In this document: positions 1 through 12,503 of the stretch, piece by piece | How positions within the stretch are numbered: position 1 is the stretch's first letter | Layout of the letters: each line of letters starts with the position of its first letter | Assembly (NCBI GenBank): GCA_030264375.1 | Contig: JASCQW010000190.1 | Location: forward strand, 25,666,409 to 25,730,408 | DNA length: 64,000 nucleotides | From: Carcharhinus longimanus | Lineage: Eukaryota | Reading direction: 5' to 3' | Position numbers and translations under genes: made by a program | Notes under the pieces: generated by a model | What the model was told of the DNA's origin: nothing | Seen by the model: the letters and a program-made list of their open reading frames with translations, nothing else | The model's database searches: none

Positions 1-92
1 ATCCACTTCAGATCAGCCATGATCTTATTGAATGGCGGGGCAGGCTTAAAGGGCTAGATGGCCTACTCCTGCTCCTATTTCTTATGTTCTTA
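1..92 (+). mobile_element. Young CR1 LINE 3' tail
   Basis: gatcagccatgatcttattgaatggcgg...ggcctactcctgctcctatttcttatgttcttat, with near-identical copies at 9840-9936 (-), 27099-27172 and 60155-60230. Confidence 0.8.
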
Positions 93-94
93 TA

Positions 95-900
95 TAACCA
101 GGTGAGGGCAGTCCCACTCAGCTGGATGATGTGGAGAGGTATTGGGAGAGGATGTTGTAATCAACTCTGTCAAAAGTTGAAGATAGTTGAGAATTAGGAG
201 GAATAATTTACACCACTATCACTGTAGTGACTTTGAGAGTGGCTGTTTCAGTGGTAGGAAACCTGATTGGAGGTATTCAAACATGTAGCTGTGATGATGA
301 TATGCACCGATTATGGAGGCAAAAACAGCACATTAAAGGACTTTGGGGAGGAATGGGTGATTGAAGATGGGGCAGTTTACAAGGACAGAATGGTCAATGG
401 TGGGTTTCTTGAGGAAGGGCTGATGATGGCACATTTGAAGGGAGGGAGACAGTAGCTGAGGGAAACGAACTGTTAGTATCAGCCAACACAAAGTTGGGTG
501 GTCAGCAGTTTGAAGGGAATAGTTCAAAGGAACAGGAGGTGAGGCTCATGGATGAGTGCAGAGGGGGTATAAAGGAAATTAGGAAAGTAACCAGAACAAA
601 ATAATTTCAGGGCTAGAGTGTTGGGTGGAGCAGGGTGTGCAATCTTTGGGGGAGTTTGGCTCTGTGGGCTCAGGGGAAGGAGGGAGGTGACAGAGGCCGG
701 TAAACAGATGATCGCAAACTTGGGTAGTTCATGAGCTCCTCATATTTTTTTTATTGGGCATGGAAGAAAATTTTAGAAGACAGTTGTGGAGAAGTGGGGA
801 AGGGGCTTGCAGTTTATCTTTTCATTCTAGAGTGCCCTTGAATAGGTGCAGTTCTGCTAGTGAGAGCAGAACCTAACAATGCTTTATACAGTGTTGACAA
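95..900 (-). mobile_element. L2-like LINE internal remnant
   Basis: Purine-rich plus strand typical of antisense L2 ORF2 (ctgtcaaaag..., aaacctgattggagg, atggcacatttgaa). Confidence 0.5.
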
Positions 901-3900
901 TGAATAGCTAGACCAGTTATCAACCATTAATATTCAAGATAGTCAGTGACAGCTCTACAACGAACATGTTACAATGGTATTTCACTAAAACGAAAGCTAG
1001 AGTTCGCAATGGATTGTGCAGCCCACGTACCAATTTAATATATTAGATGTGCAGAACCTTTGAAAAACTAAAAAAATGAAATGCAAGAATGAAAACACTT
1101 TTCCAAAAGTTAATGTTTGGCATTTATTTATTGTTAATTTATTGTTAAATGTGAAAAAGATTTAGAATTATTTGTATAAGCCTTGTAAATGTTATGTAAA
1201 TGTTGCATTTGGTCCCAGGTGGAAGTATTCTAAGTTATACAAAGCTTTTAGCTCAACATTGCAGTGTGGAGCAAATGATTTTGACACTGCACATAGAAGC
1301 ACAGAGCTGTGTTCTGATGATCATGAATATCAATAAGATTGCTACATATTTTTTGGTCTCTGGAGTCAATGTACTCCAGTCAAGCTGTCAAAGGTGAGAC
1401 ATGTTTTTCCCCAATCGCAGGAAAGTGTTGCTGTGGTGCACAAGTCATTTTAGAAATGTGCGCGACAAGTTAACATCCATTTATATTCTTGTACGTCTAA
1501 TTGGTTTTCCTACATTCAGACATAATGGTGACTTTGGTCACTGTTTTGTGTGTGGTCACTATTTTGCATGCAAGTCCTGTGTGTTGTTGGGGGGAGGGGG
1601 GGGCCGTGAGGACATGGTGAGGGCAAGACTGGGGAACTTCCTTTTCACATTTTCTTTTGAATGATGAATGCAGTTATGCTTCAATATTATCACTTGACAT
1701 TAATTGATGGTGATATTTTCATTAAGCAAACTGAGATTGATGGCACAAACTCTCAATGTTTTAGCCACATGCCTAAGAAACTTTCAAGTGAGCTAAGAGC
1801 TTTCCTCTTATCCTAAATAATTTACTGCCCTTGTAAGCCTCAAGTCAACCTCCACCAAAATGCCCTGCTGCTCCCCTTCCTTAACCATTGTGCCAGGTGT
1901 TTGCTGATCCTCAATAACTTAAATCTAAGCTTAACCTCAATCTTCTCAACAAGAACCATTTACTATTCCAAGATCATTTACAAGACCAAAAGGAAATTCT
2001 AGATAGGTGACTAATCACCTGTTTAATTCCATTTGCCCTGCCTCTTCTGAACTCAGTTCAAAATGGAGATTCTCCAAGATGGTACAAATGGAGACATGCT
2101 AGAAAATCAAAGTCCTGCCCAGAACATGACACTTTCAACTGTGGCAGAGGCCGGAATGGTGGTGGTGAGTGTTTTGCATGGGAAATAACTGGCCACTTAA
2201 ATCATAAGCTGTCTCCACTCAAGTAGGATTTTGGTAGCTCAGGAATGTGAACTCCAACTGTGCACAGTAAGTTGATCAGAGCAGATCTAAACTTTGTGCA
2301 TTTATTTGGATAGCCAGACTACTCCTTTGGAGAGATAAGATGCCCCTTTGGATATGCTCCTAGAACAACTTTGAGAGTGGGCAGGTGCCCTTTGTTAAAG
2401 GTATGCATGAATGTGGTTAAAAAGTGCATAAACACTAACTGTCAAGTTAATTGCAATCAACAAACCTGTCAAAATTATCAAAGACTATCAAGAGGACATG
2501 TAAAATTTACCTGTCAAAGAGAGTCATCAAGCTGCCAAGGCATTTAAAAGTCTTACCCTTTAAATCTTTGAAATAAAAAACTTGCCCTTTCACTCTGCCT
2601 GTTGATTTCAGCTTGAAGACCTTCCATTACTGGATTACTGCTGCATGACTGATTTCACAGCCATCCATTGTCACAGTGGGGTGCTCACCATTTCAGTTTG
2701 ATTAATAGCTACAAGTGGTTATAGACTCTTGCAGGTCAGACAATGAATTCCATAGCTCTTGAGAAAGAATTGTATACTTGAATGAAATGTTTGTTGTTAC
2801 AAGACTTTATGTAGTTGAAAGTATGTAAATGTAGTTGAAAGGGTTAATAATCACACAAGTTTAAAAATCACAAACTGTAAGCTGGATCTTAGTTACACAG
2901 GTAAAGTATATGAAAACCACAGGTCTTGATTAAAGCAGACCTAGATAAGAGTCAAGGACTATTCAATGGAATGAAGTGCAGCTGCAGTTCATGTTTGTCC
3001 ATTGGAAATGGGAAATTGATAAACCATTGGTCGGACAATAAGCCATCATTGATAGATGATGCTATAAATAGGAATAAGTGCACAAATTGTTTTTGAACAA
3101 CTATACCCTTTTGTTTGCATGATGTAAACCTAATCAATAGTTGGGTGTGGATACAGATATAACTTCTGTGCAAATGCAAATCTTTGATTAATATATGCTA
3201 ACTGATCTCAACTGTTAATGACTGTTTAATTCCTGGATTGGGGCTTTTTCCTGGTGAACCGCTAGTAGGAGCACCAGAACCAGCCCTGAGCATAGTCCAC
3301 ATTAAAGGCATTGCTTGAAACTCCAAGAAAATCTTTGCCTGCTTTTCTCAAAGTACACGATAGCTGAATAGCTATTTTTCTCTCTAACAGTAGTAATTTT
3401 TTTTTAGAATGAGAGTGTTGTTTCAATATAATGTCTGCAATAGATACTCAGAAATTTTTATTTTTTCTCATCTTTGCACAAGTCTGAAGGTATGCCCATG
3501 ATGGATTCTGAGTGAATTGGCATGGTAGATGCAAGGGCAATGGATAGTGGTTGAGCTGGCAAGGGGGAGTGCAGGGGAATGTGTGCATCAGTTGGCCCAG
3601 GAACAAATTTTTGCACAGTGCGGGAGGCAGTCTTTCCACCCAACCCACCTCCACAGCCAGCATCCTTCTCATCACTTCCAGGATGGCCTGCCCTGACTTG
3701 GAATATATCTCACAAAACCCCAGACCAAAAATCTGGGAAATGTTTCTTTTGACTCTGTCTGCGCTTATATCCTTGGCTGGATGTTGGACAAGCAGTTCAA
3801 GTCATTACCTACCTCCAGTCATCTCAAGAGAAAAACTATTTTCAAATAAAGTATCATTGTTGGACCTTTTCTCCCTGGCTCAGTACTTGTTTTCCTTAGA

Positions 3901-4884
3901 GCGATTTGTGAATTTGAAAGGTCTGTATAAATACACATCACTGGTTTAAAATTTTCTGTTTCAGTTATTGGAGCAGATTTTTATCATCCCTCCAGCTAGC
4001 TGTACTGGATCACCCTAATGGCCAAGTGATGCTTCACACCTGGTTTTTGTTTTTACACCCAAGAACATTTGATCTTCTCTTGTTTTGAAACACTGGTCGG
4101 AGTTTTCCAGCCATTTCTGCCGGCGTCAACGGGTTTTCCAGTGGGGAAGAGGGTGCATAAAATGGGAAACCCATTGACCACGTTGGGATCAGAAGATCCT
4201 GCCACCAGCCAGTGGGAAGCTGCTTTCACCACCATGAAACACACTGCAAGGGGATGGAAAAATGTCATGTTAACTCCAATTCTCTAAAAAAAAAATGCTG
4301 CCTGACCTGCTATTTCAAACAAGTTTTGATTTTATTTCAGATTTTCAACATGTCGTATTTTGTTTCTGTATTCACTTGATGCATCTTTCATTTAAACTCT
4401 TTCTGGGAATGTGGATGTGTCACCGCTCCTTGTATCCTGTTAAGTTGGATCATGTTTATTCAGTGTCACCCCCACAAGGCAAACCATTCAGGTTGCTCAA
4501 TATGTAACATCCATCAGCTCAGGATGGTTTCATCGATGTGGCAGACATTCGTGTTTTGATTACTCCCAACCTTACAGCTTTGGCTGAAGTTTGTTTGAAC
4601 GACTTTTAGGCCAGTCCCATTGAGCTATTTTAAAATAAATCCCTTCCAAGTTATCCTTCTCCCTGTTAACTGTTCCAACGCACGTCATCCTGCAATCTAA
4701 TGAAAGGGAAGCATCGAAGTAAGACACTAAAATAAAACAAAGTGTGAACGCTGGGAATCTGTAATATAAACCAACGATGCTGGAAATACTCAGCAAGCCA
4801 AACAATATCTTTAGAGAGGGGAACAGAGTTAGGGGCAAAGTTTTAATGAAAAAGTTGGCATTTAGACTGGATGGAAGTGTGTGT

Positions 4885-5199
4885 CATAGAAAACCTACAG
4901 CGCAGAAGGAGGCCATTTGGCCCATTAAGTCTTCAGTGACCATAATTCCAACCAGACCCTATCCCCACAACCCCATATCTTTAACCTGCTAATCCCCCTG
5001 ACACTAGGGTCAACTTAGCATGGCCAATCAATCTGACCCGCACACCTTGGGACTGGGGAGAAAACCGGAGCACCCGGAGGAAACCATGCAAACGTGGGGA
5101 GAATGTGCAAACTCCACGCAGATAGTGACCTGAGGTCAAAATTGAACCCAGGTCCCTGGCACTGTGAGGCAGCAGTACGAACCCATGTGGCACCCGTGT
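4885..5199 (-). mobile_element. HE1-type tRNA-derived V-SINE
   Basis: Reverse complement shows the tRNA-like head, central gggtttcctccgggtgctccggttt domain and CR1-like tail ending ttctatg. Confidence 0.85.
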
Positions 5200-6210
5200 C
5201 TGAAACATGCACAACAACCAGACAGTGGGGACCTCCCTCTTGATTTTACAGATGACAGAATATGATTCAGTTGCTGCTGGGGTTGCCAGAGAGCCAGCAG
5301 CTCAGCTCAGAGCGCCACCACGAAGAGTGGCCTCTGCTGAGGAAGGCAGAGCCCTGACCAGGAGGGCTGAAGAAATGTTTAAAAAAATTTAAAGTTGTGG
5401 AAGGGAAACCCGTTTGGGATCACAGGGGGCTAACGTTCCTTGCCCATGGCTCCTCTAGGAATAAAAAGTGTCTGCCACCACTCCCCCAGACTGTCAGTGG
5501 CAGTGTTGCCCTTCCAGTGGTGGTAGTGGGGTGACGGCAGATGGATGGATGGACCCACCAAGATGGTCCGGTAAAATGAATGTTAGTGCTCTTGTCTGAT
5601 ACCAGTCCCAATGCTGAAGTTCCCTCATTGGTGGGACATGGCCCAGAGAGTGACTCAGCCATATACAGTACGGCTGCCCCCAATTTTACCACCCTCCCCT
5701 CCCTGCTGTGATTCATCCTCGTGTGGGACAGTGAAATGCTGCCTAAGCTTTCAGGCCAACGACTTGTCTTCTGAACTTAGAACTTAGTTTTTGTTTATTG
5801 AAGGCGGTTAAATGCCTTTTTTCTCCCCATCTCACTTTTCACCCCCAATTTCCTATTAAATTGGGATCTGTTGAAAATAATACCAATGTCCTAGTGATGA
5901 AGATTAAGCAAATTGCTGTAACAAAATCATAACTTTAAAAGCATGGGAGGAAACCCAGGATTATTTGGAGCTGAGAGAACAATTGGTGGGATTGGCAGAA
6001 TTAATCAGGGTGGGCCTTCAGCCTGATTTAGTACATTTTAGCTGCCAAAAATTCTGCCAGCTTGAACAGCAAGTTAAATAATTACAACTGCAAATCTGTC
6101 ACCCAGAAACTATATTTTACACAGCAGTTAATTTATAAACAGAGTAGGCTGCCTTCGGTCAATTGCATAACCACTCAAAAAGTAGTTACATAACTGTCTG
6201 CAGCAGCACT

Positions 6211-6460
6211 GATGTGGATGTGCCGGCGTTGGACTGGGGTAAACACAGTAAAAAGTCTGACAACACCAGGTTTTAGTCCAANNNNNNNNNNNNNNNNNNN
6301 NNNNNNNNNNNNNNNNNNNNNNNNNNNNNNNNNNNNNNNNNNNNNNNNNNNNNNNNNNNNNNNNNNNNNNNNNNNNNNNNNGAAACCTCGAAAGCTTGTG
6401 AGTTTACTATCAAATAAATTGGTTGGACTAAAACCTGGTGTTGTCAGACTTTTTACTGTG
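6211..6460. mobile_element. Penelope-type element (same family as 34209-34481), interior hidden by N gap
   Basis: Inverted termini caacaccagg...cctggtgttg; cgaaagctt right after the gap; direct repeat tgcagcagcactg at 6199-6211 and 6459-6471. Confidence 0.68.
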
Positions 6461-6854
6461 CAGCAGCACTGTCAGAGGAGCGGGAGAAGGTTAATAACAG
6501 AACTGAAATCAACAGAGAAATTCATCAGCATCTGATGAACTAAAGGATCACGGATAATTTATCCAAGATGTGTTGCGGCTTTCTAAATCTGAAGAAATCA
6601 AAAGCTGTAGTTATCTTGGTAAAAAAAAATCACAGGCTTGGTTTTCTGCTTTTGCCAGGCAAGCCATGCTGAATTAATTCCAATTTATGTTGACCAGAGA
6701 ATGGATTGGGACTATCTGAGCAAGGAGGTTAGTCCCCAGCTTGAACTGCAACGTTTGTTTACTACAATTGAGTTCGACACCACGTAGACTATGGCCAGGA
6801 ATTTGCCTGGAGGCACAATGTACAAGTGGATGCTGTTCTATGGTCAGGAAGAAT

Positions 6855-7480
6855 GGGTTTTGATTTGATTTATTGTCACACATAGTGGGATAGAGTGAAA
6901 AGGGCGACGTGGTGGCACAGTGGTTAGCACCGCTTCGTCACAGTGCCAGGGACGCTGGTTCGACTCCTGGCTTGGGTCATTGTCTGTGCGGAGTCTGCAT
7001 GTTCTCCCTGTGTCTGTGCGGGTTTCTTCTGGGTGCTCCCACACAGTCCAAAAAGATGCATTGGCCATGCCACACTCTTCCTCAGTGTACTCAAACAGGC
7101 GCCAGTGTGTGGCAACTGGGGGATTTCATTGCAGTATTAATATAAGCCTACTTGTAATAAAGTATTGCTTCTTGCGCTATACAAAGCATACCATTCATAG
7201 GGTACATAGTGGAGAGCAAAAGGGGATGGTACAGAATGTAGTGTTAGTCATAGCTGGGGTGTAGAAAAAGATCAACTTAATGCAAGGTAGATCCATTCAA
7301 AAGTCTGATGGCAGCAGAGAANNNNNNNNNNNNNNNNNNNNNNNNNNNNNNNNNNNNNNNNNNNNNNNNNNNNNNNNNNNNNNNNNNNNNNNNNNNNNNN
7401 NNNNNNNNNNNNNNNNNNNNNAAAAGTCTGATGGCAGCAGGGAAGAAGCTGGTCTCGAGTCAGTTGGCATGCAACCTCAG
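6855..7480 (-). mobile_element. LINE 3' fragment (Rex1/Babar-like), host of the SINE
   Basis: tttgatttgatttattgtcac tail and gttcaaaagtctgatggcagcagggaagaagctg-like segment typical of antisense Rex/Babar ends; family call from memory. Confidence 0.45.
6902..7161 (+). mobile_element. V-SINE, alternative-tail subfamily, nested in a LINE 3' fragment
   Basis: A box tggcacagtgg, B box ggttcgactcc, tail ttcattgcagt...gcctacttgtaataaa. Host sequence 6855-6901 resumes at 7161. Confidence 0.8.
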
Positions 7481-8664
7481 GGTTTCTCAAATGTTCTGTG
7501 GTTTTGAGCTGTACTGCCCTTAACTTTTGATCTGTTGCTCTCCTGTCTACAGATAGCTTGACTGACAGGTTGGTGGCCTGCCAGACAAGGAGCGGGCACA
7601 GAGCACAAGGCCACTGCTGAGGCAAACCTGTAGATCTATATAGTGAGAGGGTATGTGTGGGTGAGATGGTACAGGGATGGGGGAGATCGTGGGGGATGGT
7701 AAACAGATTTCACAGGGGATGGTATTCAGATTTCGTGAGAGTTGGGTTGGGGGGGAGGGAGGTGGAGGAGTTGGGGAAGGGGAGTGGTCTGACGTCAGGC
7801 ATAGAAGTTTGTTGAGCTGCATGGAAACTTTCGCTTCTCTTGGTCCATAAGCAGGTATTATAAAGAAAAGCCCCACGGATTCAGCCCTCTTGCCTCATTT
7901 AGGCTGTTGGGTTTCCAAGGCTTGGGAAATAGGAGGTGATTGTAAAATGAAGGCACATACCTTCATTATAATATCTAAATGATGACTCTACCTCCAACAA
8001 GTAGATCAGTCGGCAGCCATTTGTGCCAACTCTTTAAACCAGAAGTGAACAGGTTTGGTTCTCATTTCAGATTTTAGAAGTTTAACCTCTAGTCCAATCC
8101 CGAGTCACCTGTCTCTGTGAATTAAAATTCAGCACTTTGTCTTCAAGAGTAATAATTGAGAATTCACCAGGGATCTGAATTACATAAATATTTGTGTCAT
8201 TTGTATCTGTGAAGAAAGCCAATTGTCTCAAATGAACTGTGCTCAGGAATCTTCAACAGTGTTGTTTATGCGGGTCCAATATGTATTAATTGCATTAACC
8301 AGTCACTTCCTGCTTACTTAGCATTTCCCTGTGGAATCCTAAAAGTCTGATCTAAATCATGCATTAGCTTGCACCACACTGAATACATTCTCATCAATAT
8401 AATTTCTGACTTCTATACTGTTAAGCTATTATTTCAAAATTATACACTTTTCTGCACTATGTCATGATAATAATCAGTATTTATCTTTGAGAAATAAATG
8501 TCCATGATTAACATGCCTTTCTCATTCCAATTTTTGCATTTCTTATTTATCTCTTTCATTTTCTTGTTGCACTGTGAGCAAGTGCCCGAAATCTGTTTCT
8601 AGGGATTTCCAAAGTGAATACTCCTGCATTCAGTCCAGTCTTTCAACATTTTTCTACCTTTATC

Positions 8665-9710
8665 CAAACAATTAAAGGAAGACATTAACAAACTTGCAGA
8701 ATGGGCAAATAATTGGCAAATTATCCATTCAAGTTGGATACATATGAGCTAGTACATTCAGGTGAGAAGGACATGGAGGTGCAAGTCTGGATGGAGTAGA
8801 GTAATAAATGGATTTTGGAGCACAAGTACATTAATCAATAAGAGATGCACCACAAGTTAGAAAGGCCATAAATAAAACAAATCAAACATTAGGTTTTATT
8901 GCCAGAGGGATAAAGTTGAAAAGTAGGGAAGTTGTGCTAAACCTGTCTCAACTCTTGCATTAGGCTCTTGTCACCATATTATTATTATATTGAACCCTTG
9001 GAGGGGGCGCTGGGAAGATCTATAAGAATAATATCAGAAATGCATGGGTTTACAGTCTCAGGAAAGGATTGGCAGGCTGGGCCTTTTGGCTAGGATCAAG
9101 CCTGAGATCAGATGTAATATGTCAGTTCTTGTTGGCTTAAATCTAGAATGTCTCTCTTATGGGGGCCATGGATTTGATTGAATTTGTATTGGTCTTTGGA
9201 ACAAGCAAGGAGATGGATTAAGAGCTTACCATGTCTACTCTGTGCATTGGCTTTGTAACTCTGAGAATGGAATAACAGGTTTCCAAAAAAATTGATAGGC
9301 TGGGTTTCTTTTCGCGTGGAAGAAAAGCCTGAGGGGTGATTTCATAGAGGTCTTTAAAACTACAAAAGGTTTTGATAAATGGATAGAGAGAGAATGTTTC
9401 CTCTTTTGCAGAAGAGCAGAATTAGAGGCCATCAATATAAAATAATCGCCGAGAAATCCATTAGGAATTTCAGAAGAAACCTCTTCACTCAAAAGTGATA
9501 AGGAGGTGGAACTCAGTACCACAGGATGTGGCTGAAGTAAATGGTACGGATGCATTTAAGAGGAAACTCTTAACAATCTATGAGAAAGAAGGGAACAGGT
9601 GGATAGGATGGTAGACTTTGATAAGAAATGATAGGAGGAGGCTCAAGTGAAACATAAACATTGGCATGGACTTGTTGGGTCAAATGGTCTATTTCTGTGC
9701 TGTATATTGT
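8665..9710 (+). mobile_element. Old decayed CR1 3' portion, interrupted by the U2-derived element
   Basis: Remnants of ORF2 3' motifs (gaatgggcaaataattggcaa, ctgaggggtgatttcatagaggtctttaaa, tagaggccatcaatataa) and a 3' tail. Confidence 0.75.
9080..9290 (+). mobile_element. U2 snRNA-derived retroposon, copy 1 (SINEU-like), inserted in an old CR1
   Basis: GGCCTTTTGGCTAGGATCAAG matches the recalled U2 5' region at 20/21, with further U2-like blocks downstream. Oligo-A at 9285-9291. TSD attggcaggctggg (9068-9081) / attgataggctggg (9291-9304). Confidence 0.8.
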
Positions 9711-9839
9711 AGTGGGAAGGGGAGGGGTGCAATTTGTCTCTCAAGTTGTGTGATTCTATAAAATGAGGTATTAACCCCCACACCCCCAATTCCTTAAAGT
9801 TCAAAGGCCAATTATCACAATCACCTGGAGTGCTACTTA

Positions 9840-10200
9840 CATAAGAACATAAGTAGTAGGAGCAGGAGTAGGCCACCTAGCCCTTCGAGCCTGACCCGCC
9901 ATTCAATAAGATCATGGCTGATCTGAAGTGGCTCAGNNNNNNNNNNNNNNNNNNNNNNNNNNNNNNNNNNNNNNNNNNNNNNNNNNNNNNNNNNNNNNNN
10001 NNNNNNNNNNNNNNNNNNNNNNNNNNNNNNNNNNNNCCTCTGTCTACCGCACTAGTCACATCCTCATAGAAATCCAATAAATTCGTCAAACACGACTTCC
10101 CCTTAACGAATCCATGCTGTGTCTGCTCTATCAAACAATTCTTTTCTAGGTGCCTCGCTATTTCTTCTTTGATGACGGATTCAAGCATTTTTCCTACTTT
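9840..10200 (-). mobile_element. Young 5'-truncated CR1 LINE spanning an N gap
   Basis: RT-domain fragment GKMLESVIKEEIARHLE..QHGFVKGKSCLTNLLDFYEDVT plus the 3' tail on the other side of the gap. Confidence 0.88.
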
Positions 10201-11619
10201 AACCTCAATAATCTCCTGGGAGTTACTTACTCTCATGGGTTCATCTATTTCTCTCGAAAATTAATCCCCTATCTTGAAACCAGATGATGTTAAGTATCCT
10301 CCTTCAATTATTAATTTTGCTTTTTTATGCATAAACAGCATAAAGCAAGAGGAACTCCTAGCTTACCTACATCTCATCCTATAAATGATTTTAAAAGTTC
10401 AGATATCTGAACAAACCCTATTTGGACTTCATAGCCTATCTCAATTAGGTGCAATCAGAATGGATGCCATTTTCAGAACAGTAAGTGAAACATTTCTGGG
10501 TGCAAAAAGACTTTTTTTAAGCATGCATACAAATTATTTTTCATACATCATGCAGTGTTAAGGGAACCACATAAGCAAAATAATGTAGTCAATTTATCTG
10601 CAATAAAGAGGAAAGTTAAGAATGGAACATTAACACAAATCTGCACAGAACCAAAACTCAATGCTCAGACCTGACAAATTGTTTTCCCTAAAAATTTAAC
10701 TTACAGAATGCAGGAGGAACTTTGGAACTTACCTGAAGAACAAAATAGTGGTAAATGAAGCTGGGAAAATTGATACTTTGCATTTGAGTGATTGACTTAT
10801 TCTAAATAAAGCTTGTCTTTTGTCAGAGAATCTTTTGAAAACTGAAATAGTATATTTCAATTGCTGTTATACATATCCATTAGGTTATATTACAAGTAAC
10901 CCTCCAGACCCCACCACGGTTTCATCTTAACACACTGTCCTCTCCCAATGACTGTATGTGAAACAAGCTCTGTGCTCAATTCCTAGGAGATACAAGTGAG
11001 TATTATGAAAGAACTCAAAGCAGCATTGTAATTTCCTCCATGTTCAAGGTGCATCATTACAAACTAATGTATCCGGTCGAATACAGGAATGGAATATAAC
11101 AAACACAACTGAGGGAATAATATGAATGTCGAGTCCAAGGAAAAGTCCAATTTCACTGACATGACATACTCACTGTGGTTCTGTCTTTTCATGCGAAAAT
11201 GCAATTACTTTTGTCTCAAGATACTGATTCAGAAAGAAACATATTATAACAAAAGGACTCACAAAGACAAGCGAGGCATAGTAGTGCTTCAGATGTCCCA
11301 CTGGACAATTTATTAGCATGCATAGCTCAAACTAGTGTGTAGGGGTCAATTCCCAATTGGAAATTAAGAATGACATTCAATTTAACAACATGATCAGTCT
11401 TAGAAATGGTTAAATCACTGAAGGCAGCTTTCAACTGAAAGTTGAAGGTTATTGGTCACTATATTAGGCAAATTCAGAGAGGTATAAAAGTGCTGAATTG
11501 AAACATAAATATCTTGTAAATAGCTCCTAAACTACATCATTCAGCAGAATTTATACAGTGCAGTGCAAAAAGTGTAAAAATGGATTTATTAAACTGAACA
11601 TCCATTAGCACTGCTTTGT

Positions 11620-11652
11620 AGAGAGAGGAGAGAGAGAGAGAGACAGACAGAC
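11620..11652. repeat. Short (GA)n/(GACA)n microsatellite
   Basis: agagagaggagagagagagagagacagacagac. Confidence 0.85.
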
Positions 11653-12207
11653 ATGTGTCAAGGTTTATTCCACAGATCATAGTAAACACTGCTCTACAAT
11701 ATAAATAAATTAACAGCACCTTCTGGAAAAGTAAAAAAATCTTGTATTTCATAAAGTCTTAGAAAGACACACGTGCAACCAAAGCATAGCTTTTCTGATT
11801 ACATAGGAACAATCATGCAAACAACAAGAGTTTCAGCGACCTTCGGGTTTGATCCAACTTCATTTAAAATGTCATTGCTTTCATACATCTTTAGGAAACA
11901 TTAGCAGTCTACAAACTGTATAGTAGCCAGAAGTGTTTTATTTAATTTAGTGATGTAACAATCTTTTGGATGAATAAAATCTATAACGATGTTTAAAATT
12001 ATACCACAATATAAATCTCCAGATAGACTACCGAGGCATTGTAGGTAACAGTCCACAGGTGTAATATTTGGTCAGTAACACGTTTTGACCCAAAAAGAAA
12101 GAAAGTGAATCTGCCGGGGAGCACAGAGGATGCTTGTTCGGTACCACTGAATTTGTGGTCCAAGTGCCACTCTTGCCTCTCATTTCCTATCAACAGAGGA
12201 AAAGTTA

Positions 12208-12503
12208 CAGCAAGATGGCACAGTAATTAGCACTGCTGCCTCACAGCGCAAGGGACCCAGGTTCGATTCCTGGCTTGGGCCACTGTCTGTGTGGAGTTTG
12301 CACGTTCTCCCCATGTCTGTGTGGGTTTCCTCCATATGCTCCAGTTTCTTCCCAGTTTGAAAACAAACATGGTTAGGTACATTGGCCATACTAAATTCTC
12401 CCTCAGTGTGCCTGAACAAGTGCCAGAGTGTGGCGACTAGGGGATTTTCACAGTAACTTCATTGCAGTGTTATTGTAAGCCTATTTGTGACTCATAAATA
12501 AAC
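12208..12503 (+). mobile_element. V-SINE, alternative-tail subfamily
   Basis: B box ggttcgattcc, V-domain, tail ggggattttcacagtaacttcattgcagtg...ataaataaa. Confidence 0.85.

Noticed and set aside
1080-1720. UTR-like AT-rich segment and a possible donor (aag|gtgaga near 1393) of a neighbouring gene
   Set aside because: No recognisable coding sequence or consistent exon structure.
6902-6975. tRNA-like sequences with A and B boxes (also at the other SINE heads)
   Set aside because: They are SINE heads continuing into the V-domain, not complete tRNA genes.
7299-7440. aaaagtctgatggcagcag repeated on both sides of a gap
   Set aside because: Same gap-flanking pattern; an artefact cannot be told apart from a TSD without the gap sequence.
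9080-9290. Functional U2 snRNA gene
   Set aside because: Branch-point-pairing GTAGTA is mutated, the first ~10 nt are missing, there are insertions, and it has a TSD and oligo-A.
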